A DNA stretch of 64,000 nucleotides from Chrysomallon squamiferum (lineage: Eukaryota > Animalia > Mollusca). Of this stretch, positions 25,515 through 38,682 are shown in pieces. The notes beneath the pieces were generated by a model that was not told the DNA's origin, did no database searches, and worked only from the letters and a program-made list of their open reading frames with translations. The stretch is taken from NCBI GenBank assembly GCA_012295275.1, contig CM022673.1, forward strand, positions 25,544,001-25,608,000, read 5' to 3'. The translations under genes were made by a program, and so were the position numbers. The number at the start of each line of letters is the position of its first letter. Within the stretch, counting starts at the first letter, position 1.

Positions 25515-26481
25515 TATTCTCTGATTAATTTACTAAATATTTAGTCCAGAGATCTTTAACAAAAAGAATGTGAAATTTTCTATAAAAAAAAAATAAAAAA
25601 AAATAAAATAAAATAAAATGTTTATACATGGAAAAATAATATACGGGGTAAAAAAAAAAAAAAAAGAAATAAAGAATTAACATATGGGACAAGTTTGATT
25701 ATGAACCGAGTTTTAATTATTTCACCTCAATTAATCTGTGTTTCAGATCGTTGGCCACGTCGCGTTCGACTCCAAATTTCCAGAAAGCATCGACGCCAAG
25801 ATCGGTCTGAAGAGTTTTCAGAGAATCCGCCAAACTGAACGTCGCGTTGTTCCACGTACCCAGGAAGTAGGCCCCGCCCAGCCTGCCGACCACCGAGTCG
25901 AGGAACGGGCGCCCTCGGAGCCTCTCGGTGGTGAAGTCGTCCAAACACGACTTGTACAGGTCCTTCACCTTGCGTTCCGAGGACCAGTCGTTCGCGTCTT
26001 GAGACCGGAGCAGAATCCGTTCTATTCGATCGGTGTTCTTCTGCATGACGTCGATCAGAGCAGAATCCTTCTGATCGGGGTTGACGCTGTGAAGGTCGCT
26101 GTAGCTGCCGCATGCATACTGGTAGAAGTTGTCGCAGGGCTTTTTGTCCGTTTTCAGATTGGACAGGACGTACGACACGCTGTCCAGACAAAGCTTGTCC
26201 AGACAAGGCATAACAGGACAAGACTTGTTCAGACAAGGCTTGTCCAGACAAGACTTGTTCAGACAAGGCTTGTCCAGACAAGGCTTGGTCAGACACTCGT
26301 GTGTGTCACTTGTCACTGGACGTCTGTTCTGACCCAGCAGAACGGCGAGGGTGATGCAGATGAAGACGAGTACGAATATTACGACCAGAATCAACAGTTC
26401 TCTCAAACCAACAGCAAACTTTCGAGTGATCGTCCCGATAACTGGAATCTTGTCACTCTCCACTTTGAATTCCATCGTCAT
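12170..26481 (-). CDS. M13 family (neprilysin/endothelin-converting enzyme-like) type II membrane protein, copy A, predicted catalytically inactive, 791 aa
   Basis: 14 phase-consistent exons: 26481-25726, 25387-25322, 23261-23121, 22684-22595, 21976-21837, 21141-20919, 19540-19442, 18733-18656, 18076-17794, 17232-17075, 16647-16576, 14005-13910, 12959-12886, 12269-12170 (TAG). N-terminal TM helix; M13 motifs PCDNFYQYACG, WMDEATRQKA, KIGYP, LPAGLLQFP, MFFLSFAQTWC, RVN..L....FSEAFHC..GSPMNPREKCQLF. HExxH reads RFLLH. Confidence 0.92.
13010..13352 (+). repeat. 88-bp tandem repeat, 4 copies, resembling a SINE central domain
   Basis: ttttcctgtccacgggtaggtgctcataataaaaatcccaatgct...gtaagagtaacccatc starts at 13013, 13101, 13189 and 13276. 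Confidence 0.85.
14045..14340. repeat. (CATA)n/(CA)n compound microsatellite
   Basis: Directly visible; lies about 40 nt from the M13-A exon 12 acceptor. Confidence 0.9.
15257..16246. repeat. ~1-kb (ATGT)n microsatellite
   Basis: Directly visible; source of the MYVC/HTYI pseudo-ORFs. Confidence 0.97.
16254..16570. repeat. 44-bp minisatellite, about 7 copies, abutting the M13-A exon 11 donor
   Basis: Unit attacacactgtttaatttgaactgttgatctagatataggcac; the donor is at 16575. Confidence 0.9.
20050..20925 (-). repeat. 20-bp minisatellite (minus strand: aag|gtatgtgacacaaaggg), about 43 copies; the unit contains the 5' splice donor
   Basis: Plus-strand unit ttccctttgtgtcacatacc. The array begins at the M13-A exon 6 donor AAAGGAAAG|gtatgt (20919/20918). 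Confidence 0.95.
21184..21523. mobile_element. Non-autonomous hAT/Charlie-like MITE
   Basis: Imperfect TIRs cataggttttcaacct ... aggttgaaaaacccgtg; subterminal gggttgcgacccc / ggggtcgc; degenerate 8-bp TSD ctctaggt / cactacgt (6/8, Charlie-type nTCTAGAn). Confidence 0.7.
22015..22480. repeat. 39-bp degenerate minisatellite near the M13-A exon 5 acceptor
   Basis: Unit aaatacactgtgttacatttacaaatcattacgtattta, about 11 progressively diverged copies. Confidence 0.85.
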
Positions 26482-26647
26482 GATTGCTCTTCAGTTGGCG
26501 TTCGTCTTTCTTTTCCTCTTGTTTTTATTTTATTTTTAATTTTATTTTAAACAGTGCTTCCAGACTGGTTACACTCAATGAGAACGTATGTGTGTCCCAG
26601 TAGCGAGTCGACTGCAAAGTAATATATATGCCGTAAGTCATTCGATA

Positions 26648-26653
26648 TTTATA
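26648..26653 (-). promoter_or_regulatory. Candidate TATA box of M13-A
   Basis: TATAAA on minus about 170 nt upstream of the ATG at 26481, with a CCAAT motif near 26707. Motif match only. Confidence 0.3.
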
Positions 26654-26978
26654 AGGCGACTTGCAAATAGCACAGGTAAAAAAAAAAAAAAAGTACCAGG
26701 CTGTAACCAATGAACCCCGACAGCGTCAGTGTTTCTTCTTTTTAAAACCTTTTATACGAACATTGAAAGAGGAAAGACACAAAACAAAAACAGTCGTAAC
26801 ATTATAGGACTGCTGTACTGAGGTCTTGTGCATGTTCTTCAGTTTATCGAGCATGTCGCTATATATAGTTCAGTGTTAATGATCACCTTGCAAGCGACAA
26901 ACAACAATGTTAGGTGAATTTAAACAAACAAACCGCAAATAAATAAATAAATAAATAAATAAAATAATAATACAAAAA

Positions 26979-27009
<31 letters not shown>

Positions 27010-27415
27010 CAGTTGTTATATTATAGATGACATTTATTTATTTATTTATTTTATTATTATTATTATTTTTTTTATATAGCTTATTCTAAATCCTTAATAA
27101 TTCTTCACGGATTTTATCGAGCGCGAAACTGATATGTTTCTATGGTGACAGCCAGGCACGTTGTCAGTACGTCCAATGAATGCTAATAGGAAAAAAAAAA
27201 ATAATAATAATAATAAAAAAACTTTATGCAAGTCATAATAATAAAACATTTTTATACCAGTTTTCAAAAAGCCGCATCTTTTCATCTTTTTATAATCTGT
27301 CATAGCACATAAAAAACAAAAAAAAAAAAAAACAAAAAAAACAACAACAATAAAAAAAAAAAAATCATATTTTTAAAATATATATAAAAACTGTTAAAAT
27401 TACTATGGATAGACA

Positions 27416-27454
<39 letters not shown>

Positions 27455-27737
27455 CATGCATGGATAATAATAATAATAATAATAATAATGCACTAGTAAT
27501 GACAACAGTACTGCTAGCTGAAGTTATTTGTACTTGTAATGGGAATTCTGCTGTAATTTCTTCTTTTGACGAGCAACCCGCTCGTAGATTTAAAAAGGTC
27601 ATGTGAAATATAACACGGTCATTTTTGTCTTCGCCCTTCAGCTAGATTAGTCCTTTTATTCACCACGATAGCTTTTAACATTGTTTAGTTTGAATCAAAG
27701 GAGCTGCAGAACAATGAGATATCACTGACACACAACC

Positions 27738-28640
27738 GTGCAGAATACGGACTGTGAGACGTGCAGAATACAGACTGTGAGACGTGCAGAATACGGACTG
27801 TGAGACGTGCAGAATACGGACTGTGAGACGTGCAGAATACAGACTGTGAGACGTGCAGAATACGGACTGTGAGACGTGCAGACTACAGACTGTGAGACGT
27901 GCAGAATACGGGCTGTGAGACGTACAGAATACGGACTGTGAGACGTACAGAATACGGACTGTGAGACGTGCAGAATACGGACTGTGCGACGTGCAGAATA
28001 CGGACTGTGAGACGTGCAGAATACAGACTGTGAGACATGCAGAAGAATATTGCAGGACTGTGAGACGTGCAGAATACAGACTGTGAGACGTGCAAAATTC
28101 AGACTGTGAGACGTGCAGAATACAGACTGTGAGACGTGCAGAATACAGACTGTGAATGTTAGCGAATGTTAGCGAGCGATAAAGAAGATAAATAATTGTG
28201 AAAATAAAAACATGCAATGCAGAATACAGACTGTGAGACGTACAGAATACGGACTGTGAGACGTACAGAATACAGACTGTGAGACGTGCAGAATACGGAC
28301 TGTGAGACGTGCAGAATACGGACTGTGAGACTTGCAGAATACGGACTGTGAGACCTGCATAATACGGACTGTGAGACGTGCAGAATACGGACTGTGAGTC
28401 GTGTGAATACAGTCTGTGAGACGTACAAAATACAGACTGTGAGACATGCAGAATACGGACTGTGAGACGTGCAGAATACGGACTGTGAGACGTGCAGAAT
28501 ACGGACTGTGAGACGTGCAGAATACGGACTGTGAGTCGTGCAGAATACAGACTGTGAATGTTAGCGAATGTTAGCGAGCGATAAAGAAGATAAATAATTG
28601 TGAAAATAAAGAAGATAAATAATTGTGAAAATAAAAATAT
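27738..28640. repeat. 23-bp minisatellite (gtgcagaatacggactgtgagac) in two blocks, each followed by the same ~57-bp tail
   Basis: Tail gaatgttagcgaatgttagcgagcgataaagaagataaataattgtgaaaataaa occurs at ~28154 and ~28556. Confidence 0.93.
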
Positions 28641-28963
28641 GTAATGGTGTAATAACGTCACGGGGGCCCAAATCTGACAAAAGGAGACATCAACAACTTT
28701 CAAAATAAATTAAATTTAAAAATAATAAAATATAAAATAGACACACCCATAGAGAGAGAGATAGATATGTAGACTGATATATAGATAGATAGGTAGGCAG
28801 ACAGAGAGATAGATAGATAATTAGAGCGATAGAGACATAGAGATAGACAGATAGACAGACAGAAGATAGATAGATATATAGATAGGTAGATAGGTAGATA
28901 GGTAGAGAGAGAGACATAAATAGAGCGATAGAGCGATAGCGAGATAGCTAGACATATAGATAA

Positions 28964-29012
<49 letters not shown>

Positions 29013-29104
29013 GATAAATTAAAACAATAAAATTAATAAATAAATGAATATATTTTAGCTTACAAGTAATAATACCCTAGCCTTTACTAATAAAAAAAAA
29101 AAAA

Positions 29105-29495
29105 AATCAGCATATTCTAGTTTATTAATCTTTATGGCGAAATCATGATATTCTCTTTTGCTAATAATCATACAGAAATCAGCATGTTCTCTTTCACTAA
29201 TCATTTTATAGATATCAAAATGTTCTAGTTAAACCAAACATCTATTTCAGTAATCATCATATTCTGTTTTACTAATCATCATATACACATTATCATATTG
29301 TATTTTACTAATCATCGAATACAGATCATCATAATCCATTTTACTAATCATTATACAGACATCATAATAATCTTGTTTACTAATCATCTTATAGACATTA
29401 TCATATTCTATTTTCCTAATCACCACAGAGATCCTTCACATTCTATTTTACTGATCATCATATACAGATAATCATATTCTACCTTACTAATCGTA
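29105..29495. repeat. Degenerate ~36-bp tandem repeat (atcatattct..tttactaatcat)
   Basis: Recurrent tttactaatcat and atcatattct motifs. Confidence 0.65.
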
Positions 29496-31426
29496 TTTTA
29501 TAGTTTTCTAATTTTCAAAAAGATATCAGTCTGTTTCTTGTTTAAAAATCATCATGTAGGTAGATATAAACGTGTTCTAGTTTACTGAACATTAACAACA
29601 CTGAACTGATTTTTTTTTTTTTTTTTTTTTTTGAAGTGATGACAAAACACCTGTTCACTCATCGTACCTGTGCGTACCTAACCCCCTGGGGGAAAAAAAT
29701 ATAAATAAAAACAAAAGTAATTTAAGTCAACAAGAGATGCATTAGGACTAAAGTTTTATCACTGCTGAAACAATCATTAAACATTTTACGTTAATGCAAG
29801 CTTGTTTATACATTTTCTCTCTGAATTAAAAAGCGAAGAATTTTTTCTTTTCTTTTATCACAAGTAAAAACGTTTCGTTATCGAAGATGATCGCTTTTTG
29901 GAAAATTTTGTTTTGTTTGATTTTTGTAGATCAGACAAAAAAAAAAGTTGGTGTCAATGTTGATGTGCTTGGAAGGTTGTTTGTTGTGTGTTTACTGGTA
30001 GAAAGCAAAGGTTATTAAAAATGTGGCTGTCGTTTTACTGCAGACACACAATAAGCTCGATGTAGATGGGGTTTTAAACTGTGAGATGTCTGCCAAGCGT
30101 GACTTTTGATGTCCCGATTATTGATGAAAACAAGTTTGCCACACATGCATGCATACATCGTACGCATTTGCTTAAAATGTGCATCGATGCGTTAATAAAA
30201 TATGGAAGAAAAAACAAATAATATAATAAATTTGTATTTTAAAATTTTATTGTTATTTATTAATAATATCATCATCATCATCATCATCATCATTAGTAGT
30301 AGTATTATTAGTGTTACAACTACTACTACTTTTATTATTATTGTTGTTGTTGTTGTTGTTGTTGTTGTTATTAATTGGTTTTCATTTTTCACCCCGGATT
30401 ATATTCATTCTGCCTGCGTTAGACTGTAAATCTATCCCGTGGTTAAACTACACGATGAAAATGTGGTATGTGTTCAGAATTCAACTTCTGAAGATACAGT
30501 TGTCATGCTATGACTAGTCAAAGTGATTTTAAAAATAAAAATGTATCAATTACCAGGGCAGGTTGAGGTAAAAGAAACATTCTCATGTACTCATTCTCAC
30601 TCTCACTTTTATCTCTAAATCTGTATCATACGTTCATTTTTGCCTGCTATTTCTGTTTGCACGAAGTGTAGGATATAATGTGTAAGAAAAAAAAATCAAC
30701 GTGATTTAATCAATCAAAAACTGTTGCGGAACACCTGTTACGAAATGTTACGGCAGAAAAGAGTTTTGGTTGAAAAAAAAAAGAGTTTCTGGGCAAGAAA
30801 AGAGTCTGGGTAAGAAAAGAGTTTTGGGTAAGGAAAGAGAGTGGGTTCTCGTTACGATTGCAGGACACAAGGAAGTGTCCAGCATATCGGATCGTAACGA
30901 ATCGGTTGCGATGTTTCGTTGATGTTTTCCGCTTCTTGCTGTTTCCGGCACTTGTCTAGCTCGTTGTAGGTCTCCTAGTCATCACCGGGTCCGTGTTGGT
31001 TGCGTCCTCTTTGTTTGTTTGTTTGTTCTATTTTTAATGTTTCCTTGTTCTTTTTGGCTGCTTCCCTCTGGTCCAATAATTCCAATTTTTTTTTTTTTTT
31101 TTTTTACGCCAATGTTTTTTTTATTTTTTTTTTTTTTATTGATTTATAAAATGTTATAAACACCTGCAACTAAAAAGAATTAGAAGATGAGCGTAGTTAA
31201 CTTATTTACATTTATTATGTACATTTAAGAAAACAACAAAAATAAATTTAAAAAAATAAAAAAATAAAAAATAAAACAAAATATTGTCTGTTTTATAGCT
31301 GAACCAGTTAGCAGTACTGTCCCTTGAAAAATGATTCCTAAAAACGCAGTTTCGTACGTAGTTGTATTTGAATGATATAAACAAACACGCACAATAAATT
31401 CAAATATACTGCATAATAATAATAAT

Positions 31427-31464
<38 letters not shown>

Positions 31465-31888
31465 TTTTAAATTTTTTTTTAATAACATGGTTTTTATATA
31501 TATATATATATAAGAAGCTTCTATTTTGCCTTCGTGATATCATATGTTAATAAAATGAAAAGGAATCTGGCTGTTTATAAGCAGGCATTAGAAACAAAAC
31601 ACAAAAACACACATTTCGAGATACAAATGTTTTATTCAATAAATACTCTATTACATATAAAAAGTTATAAGTAGGCTAAATACTGCACTATGATTACATC
31701 AAGATAGTATTACATAAATACTGTATTAAGTGTATAATGTGTGTATCTTACATTTTTAACAGAACTGCATTAAATAAATACCATATATTAAGAGCGAGTG
31801 AATGTTTTTAACATTTCACCATTTCAGATTACAAACACGCATTCTTCAATCACTGTTCTCTAGATGTTTTATAGTTAAATACTAATAG

Positions 31889-32657
31889 TTAATATAGCTG
31901 ACACTTGTTTGGTGGGTTCATCGGTGTATTAGGTTTACACCTGAAGGCGTCGCTAAATTCCTTCAACTGACTGACCGCCATGTTCACTCTGCAACGAAGA
32001 AAATAAACTGGTAAAAAAACCCGGTCGTTTCGTTCTTCTTCTGAAAAAGATATGCAGTTTGTAGACAAAACAAGAATAAAGAAAATTGTTGACTGTGTGT
32101 GCCTTTCATGTTGGGAAAATAAAGTATGAGGCTATGAAATAATTACAACAAACATGTTTTGTTCGTATCAAAACTGTCCGGCATTATAAAATATGTTATT
32201 ATTATTTTTATTAACTTCAGCGACGAGAAATAGAAAAAGGGAAATAACTCCATAATTTTATCTCTTAAAACGAATTACGTTGCGATGATGATTAATTTTA
32301 TCCATTGTTGATATCCATTTAAAGCTGTCATTTTAAAGAGACGACCGAACTGCAAACATAAAACACACTTTGATTATAAAGAAATAAAACAACAACAGAA
32401 GCGATTTGTATAATTTTGATAGAGTACCTGACGTCTTCCTGTGGGTAACCGTATCTGGCACTGTTGTAAGCGGCCTGTGCGTTCTTACTGGCGCAGTACG
32501 TCTGAAAGTCAGAGAACGAACCCATTTCATTTATTATCTCTCTAGTTTAGTGGTTTTCAAATGAAATACTGAAATTACTCCTGTTAACGAATATGAATTA
32601 CAATTTGAACCTGATTAAATATTGGCGATTATTAAAACAACCACAAAAACAATAAAT

Positions 32658-32714
<57 letters not shown>

Positions 32715-33192
32715 AATACATATATACACACATAGACATACATGAATATATATATATATATATGTATGTATATATATATATACCTACTACATACATACAT
32801 TATTCAGTTTTCACTATTATATTAATAATTGCTATTAAGTGTGAGTCATACAGATTTTAATAATAATAACATTAGGTATTACTCTTTTTTTATTTATTTA
32901 TTTTTAATAGAAATTCCCTCAGTTACAGAGAAAATCTCTCAGATGATTGATCGAGTTGTTAGAAACTGAATCAGTTATGTAACTCAAAATAACTAACGAA
33001 TGTAACATTACAAATTACGATATAGGATTTTTAATCTACCTGAGCAGCAGAAATGAAGAATATTTGATCGTTGGTGAGTCCCAGACCCGTGGGTACCGGC
33101 TTGTCTGCCCCTCGCTCGTTCTGCCAGTCATGATAGCCCTGGGTGCACAAGCACAGATAAACATAGTTATTCTCAAACCTCAACATTAGAGG

Positions 33193-33248
<56 letters not shown>

Positions 33249-36131
33249 ACATTAAAACAACCCTGAAGAAGTAATTTGTACTTGCTCAAGGAAACTGTAA
33301 TTCAGATGTAAAATACATATGTCTGCAGTATCGGAATTACTAATAAAAAAAAAAAAAAAAAACGTTAGAGAAGAAATGCTGCATAGTCCTACATTCGTGA
33401 TATGTCAGAATAAAAGTCCATAATTGAACAGACTAACACGTTTCTTACATATCTTCATTTACTTCTTACTAAGACGAAATTATTATTTTTTTTTTTCTAA
33501 AAAAAAAATGAAAGAAATGTCCCAGTCTTTATTTAAATGAAAAGGAATTTTAACATTCCGATAATAATAATAATAATAACAATAATAATAACTACAACAA
33601 CAACAACAATAATAATAATAATATAATAATAACGATAACAACAACAACAACAACAATAATAATAATAATAATAATAAAATAATAATAATAAGAACAATAA
33701 TAATAAATAATAAATAATAATAATAATAAATAATAATAAGAAGAAGAAGAAGAAGAAGAACGTTACATTTAATTTCTAAAAGGAAAAGGAAAAGTATTTT
33801 ATAAAGAATAATAAATAAGAAAAACTATTTTCAAATTTAACGTACGTAATATGATATTTTGATTCCATCTGTAATAGTGATGCCTTCCGCATAGTATCTG
33901 TTAGCTTTGATGGGTATCTGCAATATATAAAAACGTTATTATTTTTTTTTTTTTTACATATAATATTAGGATTAGTTAATTGTCTTTGAATAAATTAGTT
34001 ACCGTCGTTACAGGAATTACTTCTACTGGTTAGAAGGGAAGGGTGATATGCGTCTTTCCGTAGGAACCCGAAGAAACAAAAAAAAACAACAGAATGATCC
34101 ATCTGTTTTAATTTAGTCTTCAGCCAGTTTTCAGAGAGTATATTCCAGTTTCACAAAAATATATATATTAAACAAAATAAAGCAATTAAACAATATATAT
34201 ATATATAGATGCATAGACAGACATATATATATATATATATTTGATATATTAATATATATATATTAGTAGACAAAAACAAAAGACTATGCAAATAAATTAA
34301 TTAATTGATCAACGAACAAAGACAAAACAACCAACTATATTAAGACAGCTTAAATCAGTAAATGTTAATTGTAAAACAATGGTATCCCTTTACCTAGCAC
34401 AAAAAGCATATCTAATCATAATTAATACACGGTGTTTCTAAGTACACGCGCACTTACATTGACTTTCTTTCCATCCGGGTCGATGTAAGGACCTTGAGTT
34501 TTGTTAGAGTAGAACTTGATGATGCAGTCTTTGACATCTTGGTAAGCTTGGTTTGTGGCGTTGGTCCACCAGTATGTGTTCCTGCCCATGTACTCCCCCT
34601 GTTTGTCCCAGCGCCTCCCTAAACACAGAGTAAAAACGTACATGTAATCTGTGTAACGTTCTCGTTTATACAGTTCTGTAAATTTGACGTATTAGTACAG
34701 TTCTGTAAATGTAATGTATTAGTACAGTTCTGTAAATGTAATGTATTAGTACAGTTCTGTAGATTTAATTTATTAATACAGTGTTAAAACATACATGTAT
34801 TTGTTTAACGTTCTCGTTTATACAGTTCTGTAAATGTAATGTATTAGTACAGTTCTGTAAATGTAATGTATTAGTACAGTGTTAAAACATACATGTATCT
34901 GTGTAACGTTCTCGTTTATACAGTTCTGTAAATGTAATGTATTAGTACAGTTCTGCAAATGTAATGTATTAGTACAGTGTTAAAACGTACATGTAGTCTG
35001 TGTAACGTTCTTGTTTATACAGTTCTGTAAATGTAATGTATTAGTACAGTTCTGTAGATTTAACGTATTAATACAGTTCTGAAAAGTTAATGTATTAGTA
35101 CAGTTCTGTAAATTTAATGTATTAATACAGTTCTGAAAAGTTATTGTATTAGTACAGTTCTGTAAATTTAATGTATTAGTACAGTTCTGTAAATTTAATG
35201 CATTAGTACAGTTCTGTAAATTTAATGCATTAGTACAGTTCTGTAAATTTAATGTATTTGTACAGTTCTGTAAATGTAATGTATTTGTACAGTTCTGTAA
35301 ATTTAATGTATTAGTACAGTTCTGTAAATTTAATGCATTAGTACAGTTCTGTAAATTTAATGTATTTGTACAGTTCTGTAAATTTACATTTACACAGATG
35401 ATGTATACGTTTTAACGCTGTACTAATACATTAACTAATACATTAGCGATTTAATCCACTTAAAAATAATGGATTTGTACAACAACAAAAAGCACTTTTT
35501 AGATAACTCGTCAAACGTTACAGTCTGGCGAATGTTTCCAAAATGCATTAAAATTTCTCGCTTTAGAAAATGAACGTGCAATATGTGACTTTGCGATCAA
35601 AACATTTATAGCTTAGATCTCTGCCTGTAGGAGCCACGGCATTTGAAGTATTTGATTTTGTGTGTGTGTGTACAATGCAAACTGTCTTTACAACGAGCCA
35701 TCATGCAGGCTTGTGTGTAAACTGTGCTGTCCCCTCACGTTTTCTAAAAACCTCACCCGAGCTGGCTACTAATAATGCAGGATGAAGCGATTAAGGACAT
35801 TTACATTTACATTTACACAGATGATGTATACGTTTTAACGCGGTACTAATACATTAAATTTACAGAACTGTACTAATACGTTACATTTACAGAACTGTAC
35901 TAATACGTTAAATCTACAGAACTGTGCTAATACGTTAAATCTACAGAACTGTACTAATACATTACATTTACAGAACTGTACTAATACGTTAAATCTACAG
36001 AACTGTACTAATACATTAAATCTACAGAACTGTACTAATACGTTAAATTTACAGAACTGTATAAACGAGAGCATTACACAGATTAGATGTACGTTTTTAC
36101 TCTGTCTGTGTGTCTGTGTGTGTGTGTGTGT

Positions 36132-36211
<80 letters not shown>

Positions 36212-37190
36212 ACGTATTCTAAAACCTCACCCCACTGGTCTATAATATGCAGGATGAAGTGACCCAGGACGCTCCCCAGAGACCCGAACGTCATCGCATG
36301 CGGTTCGTCGTGGTTGTAGATGGGGAACTGCAAGATGCCGGCGGGCACGATGACCTCGTTCCAGTACCACAGCACGGCGAGGTTCGTGTCGATGGCGTTG
36401 AAATACCACCGGCTCCGGTCCTCACCCTCTCGCAGTTCCTTGTTCCAGTTCGCCTTGTCCATCTTGTTTATCTCCAGTTTGTTTTGGAAGTAGTCGGTTC
36501 TATTGATGACAAACTGAAAAAATAAAATAAAATAAAAATAAAAAGTATATAATATAACAGGTAAATATACATACATACATATATATATAATAATAACGGC
36601 GAGATTATATATATATTCATACATACATATGTATACATATATATAATCTGGCCGATATTTTCAGTATTTGTTCCCTAACTGCAATTATTTTTCTCAGGTA
36701 TTAATTGTTAGAAATACTATTTCCGACGTTTTATTCTTTATTAACACTAAAAAATGAAATACTTACATTTTTATAGATTTCGTCAACTTTGTCTTGGTCT
36801 TCTAAATAATCCTGATAACCAATTTTATAATTCGCTGCATTCAGCTGAAAATTAATACTGAAAATGAATAAAATTCACGAAAGACTGAGCAATTAACAAT
36901 TTTTATATATATATATATATATATTTTACAATTATTTTTTTTATAACAGCCAATTATCTCACTGGGGATATATCTATCTAATTTTCTTTCTGTCTGTCTG
37001 TCTGTCCGTCCGTCTGTCTGTCTGTCTGTCTGTCTGTATGGGACTTACCTTATCTTCTGCGTATTTCCGTGTAGCATCGTCCATCCATGGAGTGCTCCAT
37101 ATAATATGTTTAACAGACTTCTTAATGTTTTCAGTGATATCTGTAACCTGGTCAAATATAAAATACATACAAATAACAATGAGAAGAGAG

Positions 37191-37274
<84 letters not shown>

Positions 37275-38640
37275 AATAAGTTTGATCGTCACCATCATTT
37301 CAATCACCATTTGTAATAATCTGATTACAATAACAAATAAAAAGGGACATGAAAATTTCATTATACCAAAAAAAAAAAAAAAAAAAAAAAGTTAAATCGT
37401 CACGGAATAAAATTAAAATACCTTTATTTTATTTTTGTTAGCAAAATGATCGGCAATGTACAGCGCAGACAGCGCTTCCGGCATCTTCTGATTGACGTAG
37501 TTGTAGCAGTATCTGAATTTACCGAGAAACTCCGCCCTGCCCCAGATGTCCACGTACATTTCTCTGTTGGCGTGGATGTACTCCCAGGACAGGTCCTGAA
37601 CGTACGTTTCCATTAGTCGCCAAGTTAGATAACTGTGCAGCTTTCTGATTGAAATTACACAAAAATACAGATTATATGTAGGAGAAGAATGAAAAAAAAA
37701 AAAAAGTTCTTTTATAACATTATGAAATATGAAAAAGGTTAAGAGTTATAATTTTAAGGTCTGCAGTTCACTGATAATATATATATATATATACATATGT
37801 ATACACGCACGCACACACGCACACTCAAAACACACAAAAATATATTGATAGATAGATAATAATATAATACATAATAAAATAAAGCTGTTGACGCAAATAA
37901 CCTATACATTTTTTTATTTGATTTTAGTTGTTTTCTCTGTTTTCTTACATTTAAAACTTATATCAGACGTATTTAAATTGAATTTAAGTTTTATTTAAAA
38001 ATATATTAAAATATTAGTACTACTATGACAACGTCTACTACTTATACTAAACCACCACTTTTACTAACAAGTGTTATACTTTTACTACTGTTACTATTAT
38101 TCCACTATTATTACTATTACTGCTATACTACTACTATTACTATTACTGATACTATTACTATCAACAGTATTTCATACTACCATTACTACTATTAGTACAA
38201 TAAGGACCACTATGAACACTATAACTACTGCTATCATTTACTATTAATACTACTTTTAGAATACGACAGATAGACTGAACAGTAATAGCAGTACAGGCTG
38301 AGGATCCTTTATTCGAAATTCCGAAATCCGAAACGTTTTCCGAGCAGCAGAAATAATATCTTAAAGTTTTCGGGCTTTTTTGCATATATAAACCATATTG
38401 TATGTATAAAATTATTGAAAAATATTATTTAAACAATCCTGCAGACTGTCTGTGTAAGATGTGTATGAAAAAATAAATGGAATTCATATTTAGACGTAGA
38501 TTGTATTCTCATGTTATCTCCTAATATTCCGAAATCCGAAACACTTCCGGTCCCAAGCATTCTGGATAAAGAATTCTGAACAGGTAGCAGTAGAAATAAT
38601 AGTAATAGTAATATAAAAACACTAGTAATTCCAGTAATAA

Positions 38641-38682
<42 letters not shown>

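Noticed and set aside
25738-26550. 270-aa plus-strand ORF, and similar antisense ORFs over M13 and ISYNA1 exons
   Set aside because: Shadow ORFs opposite GC3-rich coding exons; no recognisable motifs.
27738-28640. CRISPR-like appearance of the 23-bp array (also the 20-, 27- and 44-bp arrays)
   Set aside because: Units are head-to-tail with no unique spacers, there are no cas genes, and the context is eukaryotic.
21042-37613. Gene conversion as the cause of the identical 23-aa block
   Set aside because: Nine synonymous differences in 23 codons indicate purifying selection, not recent conversion.
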